The notes beneath the pieces are model-generated. The model was not told the DNA's origin and did not search any database. It saw nothing but the letters and a program-made list of their open reading frames with translations. A stretch of 22,988 bases of DNA, from the NCBI GenBank assembly GCA_050309605.1, contig JBNRMN010000094.1:1-22988 (forward strand), read 5' to 3'. The stretch's first letter is position 1. Every line of letters begins with the position of its first letter. Source of the DNA: Anaerohalosphaeraceae bacterium (GTDB taxonomy: Bacteria > Planctomycetota > Phycisphaerae > Sedimentisphaerales > Anaerohalosphaeraceae). Below, piece after piece: positions 16,039 through 22,988 of this stretch. The position numbers were made by a program, and so were the translations under genes.

Positions 16039-18204
16039 ATGAGATATGTGCTGTGTCTGACAATATACGTGGCATGTTGTTTTCCGGTTGCGGGGATGGC
16101 CGATGATGTGGACGATCCGCGTGGCAGGATGGCGCCCTGGGACAAAGGCGCGTGGGAAACGGGACAATACCGGAATGTATTTCTCGAAGCCGGTTACAAG
16201 CAGCAAGACATCGACGCCAAGCTGGTCACGGCGTATTACGATCTGTTTGAAGGGCCGAACCGGGTCTATTTCGAAGTGGGCGAGGATATGGCATACGTTT
16301 CCGACCTGAAAAATAAAGATGCCCGCACCGAAGGACTTTCATACGGCATGATGGTGGCGGTGCAGTTGGACAAAAAAGACGTCTTCGACCGGCTGTGGCG
16401 CTGGACGGTCAAATATATGCAGCATCAGGACGGCCCGCGGGAAGGCTATTTTGCCTGGTCGGTCAATCCTGAAACGGGACGAAAGAATGCTCAGGGGTCC
16501 GCCTCCGACGGCGAATTGTATTTCATCACAGCATTGCTGTTTGCGTCCAATCGGTGGGGCAATGACACCGGCATTGACTATTACGCCGAGGCCCGACGGA
16601 TTCTGGACGCGATGTGGAGCAAAGATGGAACCGCCGGCGTCAGAAATATCATCAATACTGAACACAAAATGATTACGTTTGTCCCCGAAGGCCGGGGATA
16701 CAACTGGACGGACCCGTCTTACCACGTGCCGGCATTTTTTGAAATCTGGGCCGAGTACGCCAAAGACGGACGGGAAGACTTTTATCGAGAATGTGCCGAG
16801 GTGGCCCGCGCGTTCCTGCACAAGGCTTGTCATCCGGTCACCGGCCTGACCCCGGATTACGCCGAGTATGACGGTTCTCCTTTGCCCGGACGGATGAGCG
16901 AGTTCGGCTTTGATTCCTGGCGTGTGCCCATGAACATCGCGATGGATTATGCGTGGTTCGCCAAGGACAAGGACTGGCAGATAGACTACGGCAGACGACT
17001 TCATAATTTTCTGTATTCCCAGGGCGTCAACACATTTGTCGATCAATACAGTCTCGACGGGTCGCCTCGTGAACGAATCATGCTGGCGCCCGGCTATCGT
17101 TCAGTGCGTCATTCTTTGGGGTTTGTCAGCACTGCGGCTGCGGCCTCGATTATGGGCACTCAGGCCAAAAGCTGGAAATTCGTTGACGGTCTCTGGAACG
17201 CCAAACTGGAACCTTATGAAGACGGCTACTTTGATCCGTATTACGACGGTTTCCTGTATCTGTTTAGTTTGATGCACTTAAGCGGCAACTACCGGATCAT
17301 TAAGCCCGCTGAGGTGGGGCACAATGATGCCGCCGACGACCTCCAAATTATTGGTACAGAAACGGCCTTTCGCATAGTGGAAGACGGCGGCACAGGTCCG
17401 TACAAAGCGATTATGGTCAGCGACAGCGGTCTTGCCACTCATACCGTCTTTCGTCCCCAAGACCTCGGTGGGTTTGGCCAAAGCAATAAGCTGCCGATCA
17501 TTGCCTGGGGCAACGGGGCGTGCGCCAATTCACCCTGGGAGCACGTCAACTTTTTGTCTGAGGTGGCCTCGCACGGTTTTTTGGTGGTTGCGATTGGCCC
17601 GATGCCGCAGGAAGGCCAGCGGGGCGGCGGAAGGTCGGTTTCTTCACAGCTCATTGATGCCGTCGATTGGGCCATTGCCCAAAACAGCGACCCCACAAGC
17701 CCATACTATAACAAGATTGACACGACAAAGGTTTCCGTCAGCGGCATGTCCTGCGGCGGTTTGCAGGCACTGGAGGTTGCTCCCGACCCGCGTATAACGA
17801 CGGCGATCATCTGTAACAGCGGGATTTTGACCAATCCGTCCGGTGGTATGCCTGGGATGCCCGCCCTGGAAAAAAATCAGCTTGAGAAGCTGCATTCACC
17901 TGTCTTGTATCTCTTGGGAGGCCCGTCGGATATTGCGTATAACAACGGGATGGACGATTTTCAGCGGATTAACCATGTGCCGGTGTTTGCGGCCAATCTG
18001 GATGTCGGGCACGGTGGAACGTACAGACAGCCGCATGGCGGTGAGTTTGCCGTTGTCGCAACCGCCTGGTACCGATGGCTCTTGAAGGGCGATGAGCAGG
18101 CCGGAAAAATGTTCACCGGCCGGCCATGTGGACTGTCGCAAAGACCCGGATGGGTTGTGGAAAAGAAAAATTTTGACCGTTCACGGTTTTTTCCGGAGGG
18201 ATGA
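16039..18204 (+). CDS. Secreted bifunctional protein: GH8 (reducing-end xylose-releasing exo-oligoxylanase/xylanase type) fused to a C-terminal alpha/beta-hydrolase, 721 aa
   Basis: SD-like AAAGGA at 16025-16030, ATG 16039, signal peptide MRYVLCLTIYVACCFPVAGMA. GH8 motifs: DARTEGLSYGMM, FDRLW, SASDGELY, TDPSYH, FDSWRVPMN, YYDGFLYLFSLMHLSGNYR. Hydrolase motifs: PIIAWGNG, ASHGFLVVA, GMSCGG nucleophile elbow, GGPSD, GHGGT. Confidence 0.88.
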   Translation: MRYVLCLTIYVACCFPVAGMADDVDDPRGRMAPWDKGAWETGQYRNVFLEAGYKQQDIDAKLVTAYYDLFEGPNRVYFEVGEDMAYVSDLKNKDARTEGLSYGMMVAVQLDKKDVFDRLWRWTVKYMQHQDGPREGYFAWSVNPETGRKNAQGSASDGELYFITALLFASNRWGNDTGIDYYAEARRILDAMWSKDGTAGVRNIINTEHKMITFVPEGRGYNWTDPSYHVPAFFEIWAEYAKDGREDFYRECAEVARAFLHKACHPVTGLTPDYAEYDGSPLPGRMSEFGFDSWRVPMNIAMDYAWFAKDKDWQIDYGRRLHNFLYSQGVNTFVDQYSLDGSPRERIMLAPGYRSVRHSLGFVSTAAAASIMGTQAKSWKFVDGLWNAKLEPYEDGYFDPYYDGFLYLFSLMHLSGNYRIIKPAEVGHNDAADDLQIIGTETAFRIVEDGGTGPYKAIMVSDSGLATHTVFRPQDLGGFGQSNKLPIIAWGNGACANSPWEHVNFLSEVASHGFLVVAIGPMPQEGQRGGGRSVSSQLIDAVDWAIAQNSDPTSPYYNKIDTTKVSVSGMSCGGLQALEVAPDPRITTAIICNSGILTNPSGGMPGMPALEKNQLEKLHSPVLYLLGGPSDIAYNNGMDDFQRINHVPVFAANLDVGHGGTYRQPHGGEFAVVATAWYRWLLKGDEQAGKMFTGRPCGLSQRPGWVVEKKNFDRSRFFPEG

Positions 18205-18277
18205 CACTTTTTTTCAAAAAAAAGCCTCCTGTGTGTGATTACCTGTACGTGCTGTGTAATGTATCGGAATTTTGAAG

Positions 18278-18802
18278 ATGCCAGAAAATGAGGATGCAAA
18301 AAGTCGCAAATTTATGCAGCTTTTCCTGATGAGCCAACGTCGGATTTATGGCTATGTGATGACATTGGTTCCTAATGTGTCGGATGCGGATGATATTGTT
18401 CAGGAAACGGCGTCTGTGATGTGGACTAAATTTAGCGAGTATGAACCGGGGACCGATTTTACCGCCTGGGCGATCACTATCGCACGCTACAAAGTCCTCA
18501 GCTATTTGAGAAGTCAAAAGACACGTCGGAAGTTTTTTACTGAAGAAACGATGAGAGTCATTGAGCAAGTCGAGACGAAAGAAGACCGGCGACAGAGCAT
18601 CAGGCAGGATGCACTTGAGCAGTGTCTCCGGAAATTATCGCATACGGAACGTCGTATCCTGTCGATTCGTTATGAGCAGGGAGCGACATTGAAAAGCCTT
18701 GCCGGCCGTTTAGGTTTGGATATCAACACGCTTTATAGCCGGTTGTCAAAAATCCATCTGATGCTGCTTAACTGTGTTAAACGGGTGATGGTTGAACCGT
18801 AA
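18278..18802 (+). CDS. ECF-type sigma-70 factor (Rhodopirellula/Verrucomicrobium-family-like), 174 aa
   Basis: Region 2: FMQLFLMSQRRIYGYVMTLV...DADDIVQET...FTAWAITIARYKVL. Region 4: LEQCLRKLSHTERRILSIRY...LAGRLG...LYSRLSKI. ATG 18278 or TTG 18272. Confidence 0.92.
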   Translation: MPENEDAKSRKFMQLFLMSQRRIYGYVMTLVPNVSDADDIVQETASVMWTKFSEYEPGTDFTAWAITIARYKVLSYLRSQKTRRKFFTEETMRVIEQVETKEDRRQSIRQDALEQCLRKLSHTERRILSIRYEQGATLKSLAGRLGLDINTLYSRLSKIHLMLLNCVKRVMVEP

Positions 18803-20481
18803 TGGATCTAAAGCAAAAAAAACAATTTTACTCGTTACTCAATGCGTTGCGCGAGGAAGTGATTTCCGATGAGCAATTGGGTGATTTGGAGCATATGATT
18901 TCCAGTGATACCGAAGCCGCCCGGGAGTATGTCCTTTTTGTCAAACTATGGACCGACTTTCAATTTTTCGGGGCAGCCAACGCGAAATTAAGCGAGACGT
19001 CCGCCGATTTAGGGAGATATGCGGATTTTTGGGAGGCGATGGCGGATTACGAGAAGCAGGCGCCGGAACTGGAACTTCCGAAAGAAAAACCGCAGCGGGA
19101 GTTAATCCAAAAAGTGGTTTATCCCGTCCCGGAAAAGCGCAAGATCAGCCGATTCGGGATTGTTACACTGCTGAATGCGGCCGCGGTCTTATTGTTTTTC
19201 CTGGTTCTGCGCGTGGTTCCGCCGTCAGGGGGTCTGGAAGCAGCGGTCCTGTCCGACAGCCTGAATGCGCAATGGGCAAATCGAAAGGGGGTATTTCAAA
19301 AAGGGGACAGACTTCGGACCGGCAACAAAATGTTCCTGGACAGAGGACTGGTTGAAATCGAGTTTGATGGGGGAGCCAGAGCGGTACTGGAAGCGCCTGC
19401 AGAATTTAAGATTCTTGCCGAAGATCGGCTCGGTCTGACTTATGGGAAAGTTTATGCCACGGTTCCGGAGAAGGCGATAGGATTTTCCGTCTATACGCCC
19501 ATTGCCAAAATCATTGATATGGGGACCGAGTTTGGAGTGGAGGCCGATTGGGGGGGCGATACCCAACTGCATGTGCTTGAAGGGAGAACCGCTCTTTTGG
19601 TTGGCCGGGATGACCATACGGTCAATCTGGAAGTCGGTATGGGCCAGGCCAGGAAAATCTCCGGCCGTACTCAAGTTGTGACGGAGATTCCTTTGCATGA
19701 GCATCATTTTGCCCGTGCCTTTGATTCGACCGGCAATACTGTTTGGAGGCGGCAGATGTCGCTTGATCTGGCCGATATGGTCAGAAACGGGGACGGCCTG
19801 GGAACCGGCAACGCACACGTGCGTTTGGATTACTTAAAGGGATTCACGACAGATCAGCGTGGGGGAGAAACCCTTATTGCAGAAGACTACCTGCCCATTG
19901 AAGATCACCCCTTCATTGACGGTATTTTTATTCCGAACGGCAGGGCGGTGGTGAGCAGTCGGGGTGATATATTTGATGACTTTGTGATAACAAGCGGGGT
20001 TCATTGTGCCGATTTGCTTGCCAACCCGCCTCCGGATGTCTTTGTTGTGGATGACCGGCAACATATAATTCGGTTTAACGGACAAGAGTACAGTGACCGC
20101 GGCAAATCCTGTATCGTTATGCGTCATTCCAATCATGGCATTACTTTCGATCTGAAAGCCATCCGAGATCACTACAACCTCAGGGTAGATCGGTTTACAT
20201 CCCGGGTCGGACTTATCGAAATCGACAACAAGCGGTGTAATGCAAATTTTTATGTGCTGGTGGACGGCCAACTGCGTTATTCACTTCTTGGGTACAGCCA
20301 AAAGGGAGTCCTGAACGAGGTGTCGGTCAAGCTTGAAGATTCGGATCGTTTTCTGACATTGGCGACCTCAGAAAACGTCGATCAAATTGATTATATGGCC
20401 AACAGCACGCTTTATGAGAATTGGTGCATCTTCGCCGAGCCGGTTCTTGTGTTGGATCGAGTTGATAACCTACAGTACTAA
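18802..20481 (+). CDS. FecR-domain membrane-anchored anti-sigma factor with a C-terminal NPCBM/NEW2-like carbohydrate-binding domain, 559 aa
   Basis: Start overlaps the sigma stop (TAATG at 18800-18804). N-terminal helical domain, one TM segment (FGIVTLLNAAAVLLFFLVL), FecR core (GLVEIEFDGGARAVLEAPAEF...GFSVYTP...DMGTEFGV...LHVLEG), C-terminal GITFDL...FYVLVDG...RFLTLAT...FAEPVL. Confidence 0.85.
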   Translation: MDLKQKKQFYSLLNALREEVISDEQLGDLEHMISSDTEAAREYVLFVKLWTDFQFFGAANAKLSETSADLGRYADFWEAMADYEKQAPELELPKEKPQRELIQKVVYPVPEKRKISRFGIVTLLNAAAVLLFFLVLRVVPPSGGLEAAVLSDSLNAQWANRKGVFQKGDRLRTGNKMFLDRGLVEIEFDGGARAVLEAPAEFKILAEDRLGLTYGKVYATVPEKAIGFSVYTPIAKIIDMGTEFGVEADWGGDTQLHVLEGRTALLVGRDDHTVNLEVGMGQARKISGRTQVVTEIPLHEHHFARAFDSTGNTVWRRQMSLDLADMVRNGDGLGTGNAHVRLDYLKGFTTDQRGGETLIAEDYLPIEDHPFIDGIFIPNGRAVVSSRGDIFDDFVITSGVHCADLLANPPPDVFVVDDRQHIIRFNGQEYSDRGKSCIVMRHSNHGITFDLKAIRDHYNLRVDRFTSRVGLIEIDNKRCNANFYVLVDGQLRYSLLGYSQKGVLNEVSVKLEDSDRFLTLATSENVDQIDYMANSTLYENWCIFAEPVLVLDRVDNLQY

Positions 20482-20556
20482 ATCGGGTTGTTGAGGACAA
20501 TAAAAGTATGGTTCTGTGGAGGCGATAAAAATGATCACAATAAGATAATCGGGTTG
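20481..20556. repeat. 10-bp exact direct repeat AATCGGGTTG at 20481-20490 and 20547-20556
   Basis: Read directly from the sequence at the start of the 185-bp intergenic region; function unknown. Confidence 0.6.
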
Positions 20557-20654
20557 AGAGGGATGCAGAGGTTCCCCTGATGGGAATGACTGCGTTTCAA
20601 GAGGCGGGACTGTTTTTTGAAAAAAAAGAAAATGTAAACAGAAACAATTATTTC

Positions 20655-20660
20655 GGAGGA
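20655..20660 (+). promoter_or_regulatory. Shine-Dalgarno sequence of the LamG/Ig protein gene
   Basis: GGAGGA 6 nt upstream of ATG 20667. Confidence 0.8.
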
Positions 20661-20666
20661 CTATTT

Positions 20667-22988
20667 ATGCGACATTTGATTTTAACGTTAGCCTGTGTTG
20701 GGCTGCTGTCGTCGGGGGTCATTGGCGAGACGATTATTGTCGATGATCACTTTGATGACGATGTGGTCGATACCAACACCAACGGCATTGGTACGGGATT
20801 CAATTACTGGAACATTGGTTGGGATGGTGTCGTTACGGAAGCGGATTCAAGAGTGACCCTTACTGTCCCCGTTCACGGCGGATCCCGATGCTCGATGACC
20901 TCCAAAGAAGGGGCCGCTCTGGGAGAAGGCACCTCTCGTTTTGAGTTTATAGGGGTCAGCTTTGCCGTGGGCAATAGCCCGGACGGTGGACCTGGAGGTC
21001 CCGGTCGAAATTGCGTGGGTGTCAAGCAGGGCAATGAGACATGGGACTTCGACGACGGGTTGCCAACCGGGTTCTGGATTCAGTTTGAAAACGATTCTCT
21101 CACGAATTTGGGCGGCGACGGCAGTTGGAATGGGACGTCTGTTTTATTCTACGAAGCCAACGACGATACCAAGACCGTGCTGGCGACGTGGACGTTTGAC
21201 ACACTGAACTGGAGTTCTGGAACACGGAACTTCGAGCCGGTGCTGGATATTACTTTGGATATCAGTCCGGACGGTTACGAGTTGGTCATTGAAGGTGATA
21301 CGATTACCCTTTTGTCGGGTTCGCTGAGCGGCTCATTTGCGGATGCCGGATTCACGAATGAAGTAACCGAGGGCTTTGCGACCGCTTACGCCCAGTCGGA
21401 AAACCCCGGTATCAACATCTCGATTGATCGCATCGTGATTAAAGAGGATGTACGCATGGGCGGGCCGTATAATCCGAAGGTTATGCCGGAGAATCCCGAA
21501 GGTTCCGTCGGCGTGCTGATTTCCAATGAAGAAGCCGAGGTCACGCTGAGCTGGATGGCAGGCGAAGACCCGGACGAAGAGAGGGGCTATCCGGTCAATC
21601 CTGATATTTTAGGCCATTACATTTTTCTTTCCAGTGGCAATCCGGGCGACGATCCCAATGTTCATTTGCATGATTATGTCCCCCAGGTTCATGCGGAAGA
21701 CCCGTATGAAACCGATCCGTACAATGAGTATGGTCCGATTGTCTTGTCTCAGGGCACGGTTTACTATTGGCAGATCGTACATGAGATATTGAATCCTGAT
21801 ACAGGAGTCGGTTATCCTTTGGATGATCCCAACAACATAGCCGGTTCTGTCTGGACGTTTACGACGATCGGCGTTATGCCTCAGATATTAACGCATCCGC
21901 AAAGCACCTACGTCGATGCTGAGGGCAATGCGTCGTTCAGCGTGACGGCCAGTGCGATTGCCACCGATTATCGCTGGTTCAAAGTCGGCGATGCGGAGGA
22001 TATTGCATTGACCGACGACGGGACGTATTCCGGTACCCAAACGAATACACTGACCATCACCGGCGCAACCCTTGCTGAAGAGGGGCAGTACTACTGCATC
22101 GCCTACAACGGCGATCCGGATGCAGGCGGAACGCCTTCTGCGCCTTCCGCTGCCGCTTGGTTGTGGATACCGCGTTTGCTGATTCACTATCCGCTGGACA
22201 CCATCGAGGTTGTTGAGGACAGTTCCATTACGCCGGACATCGCAAGCGGATTTGATATGACGCTGATGCATATAAATAATGCGGAAGGCACTTTGCCGTC
22301 TCTGGCCGATGGGGTGCCCGAGCTTGGCGGTTCCGGTCTGTTCTTCAATAACAGCGACAGAGAGGATCCGAACAACACGTGGGGTCAGTACGCCACGGCC
22401 GGTGCGGTGAATATGGAAGAAATGGGCAATGCCCTGACGATTTCTTTCTGGGTCCAGTGGGTCGGCAATAACGGCGACTGGCAGGGCATCATCAACCGCC
22501 GCGGTTCCTGGAACAACGCCGATATGATGTGGCGCATTGACAAGAACCCGGATTCAGGCGAGATCAGCTTTGAGCGTGAAGGCGGGGCCGGTCGTGTGGC
22601 GACAAACTTGGTTGAAGGCGATTGGCACCAGATTACAGTGACCTTCGACGCGGCCACGTCAACCACCCGAATGTATAACAATGGTGAACTGGTTTCAACG
22701 GGCAGCGGCTTTACCTACGGAACCGGCGTCGATTCGGGCTTCAAGCTGGGCAGTAACAACGATAACGGCAGCGAGTTCTTCTATGGCATCCTTGACGATG
22801 TCAAAGTCTATAACTATGCCCGCACGACCGAACAGATCGCGAAGGATTACCTGGCGGTCCGCGGCGGCTGGGTGTGTAACTATGAGTTGTATGATCTTCC
22901 GTATGACTTTAACGAGGACTGCGTAGTCAATCTGGCTGATTTTGCAATCTTTGCAGAAACATGGCTGGACAGTTATCGCATCTATCCT
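20667..22988 (+). CDS. Large secreted acidic multidomain protein: unknown N-domain, FN3-like, immunoglobulin, LamG (laminin G / concanavalin-like) and C-terminal dockerin-like motif; 3' end just beyond the window (at least 774 aa)
   Basis: Not in the ORF track (no stop inside the window). Translated by hand: GGAGGA at 20655-20660, ATG 20667, MRHLILTLACVGLLSSGVIG signal peptide, no stop up to 22988. VTLSWMAG...YYWQI...GSVWTFTT (FN3-like); PQILTHPQS...YRWFK...TLTITG...EEGQYYCIAYN (Ig); LTISFWVQW...WHQITVTFD...MYNNG...GILDDVKVYNYA (LamG); YDFNEDCVVNLADFAIFAETWL. Confidence 0.85.
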   Translation, partial: MRHLILTLACVGLLSSGVIGETIIVDDHFDDDVVDTNTNGIGTGFNYWNIGWDGVVTEADSRVTLTVPVHGGSRCSMTSKEGAALGEGTSRFEFIGVSFAVGNSPDGGPGGPGRNCVGVKQGNETWDFDDGLPTGFWIQFENDSLTNLGGDGSWNGTSVLFYEANDDTKTVLATWTFDTLNWSSGTRNFEPVLDITLDISPDGYELVIEGDTITLLSGSLSGSFADAGFTNEVTEGFATAYAQSENPGINISIDRIVIKEDVRMGGPYNPKVMPENPEGSVGVLISNEEAEVTLSWMAGEDPDEERGYPVNPDILGHYIFLSSGNPGDDPNVHLHDYVPQVHAEDPYETDPYNEYGPIVLSQGTVYYWQIVHEILNPDTGVGYPLDDPNNIAGSVWTFTTIGVMPQILTHPQSTYVDAEGNASFSVTASAIATDYRWFKVGDAEDIALTDDGTYSGTQTNTLTITGATLAEEGQYYCIAYNGDPDAGGTPSAPSAAAWLWIPRLLIHYPLDTIEVVEDSSITPDIASGFDMTLMHINNAEGTLPSLADGVPELGGSGLFFNNSDREDPNNTWGQYATAGAVNMEEMGNALTISFWVQWVGNNGDWQGIINRRGSWNNADMMWRIDKNPDSGEISFEREGGAGRVATNLVEGDWHQITVTFDAATSTTRMYNNGELVSTGSGFTYGTGVDSGFKLGSNNDNGSEFFYGILDDVKVYNYARTTEQIAKDYLAVRGGWVCNYELYDLPYDFNEDCVVNLADFAIFAETWLDSYRIYP

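Noticed and set aside
2995..16340. Long minus-strand and alternate-frame ORFs (e.g. 2995-3948, 5287-6345, 9273-10028, 14891-15688)
   Set aside because: They are shadows of GC-rich sense genes, fully overlap well-supported CDSs and show no recognisable motifs.
18195..18229. Intrinsic terminator after the GH8 gene
   Set aside because: The stem is essentially A/T only with no GC-rich hairpin followed by a U-tract; kept only as a possible promoter-associated element.
20962..22926. Short ORFs listed by the track in the last 2 kb, suggesting a gene-poor region
   Set aside because: The region is covered by one uninterrupted + strand frame from 20667 to the window end.
22875..22988. Cellulosome
   Set aside because: Only one dockerin-like half-motif on a protein with no recognised catalytic domain; no cohesin or scaffoldin, and no dockerin on the enzymes.
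1..22988. CRISPR arrays, tRNA/rRNA genes, IS elements or frameshifted pseudogenes
   Set aside because: No spaced repeats, RNA-gene signatures, transposase motifs or broken frames were seen by eye; nearly all the sequence is intact CDS.

Overview
All 11 credible genes lie on the + strand. Positions 1-18204 are a tightly packed, probably co-transcribed run of eight carbohydrate-active enzyme genes consistent with breakdown of decorated (arabino)xylan: partial GH95, esterase+GH43, GH51+GH127/146, GH43+GH127/146, GH29, GH62+GH10, GH10 and GH8+alpha/beta-hydrolase. Five of the eight fuse two catalytic domains, and all seven complete ones begin with a signal-peptide-like segment. They are followed by an ECF sigma factor, a translationally coupled FecR-type anti-sigma with a C-terminal NPCBM-like domain, and a large secreted protein that is absent from the ORF track because it runs off the window end (unknown N-domain, FN3-like, Ig, LamG, and a C-terminal single dockerin/EF-hand-like motif). 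The gene style suggests a planctomycete (Phycisphaerae, Sedimentisphaerales-like); this is inference. No transporter, RNA gene, mobile element or CRISPR array was seen. Family calls come from motif recognition by eye, not from database searches.
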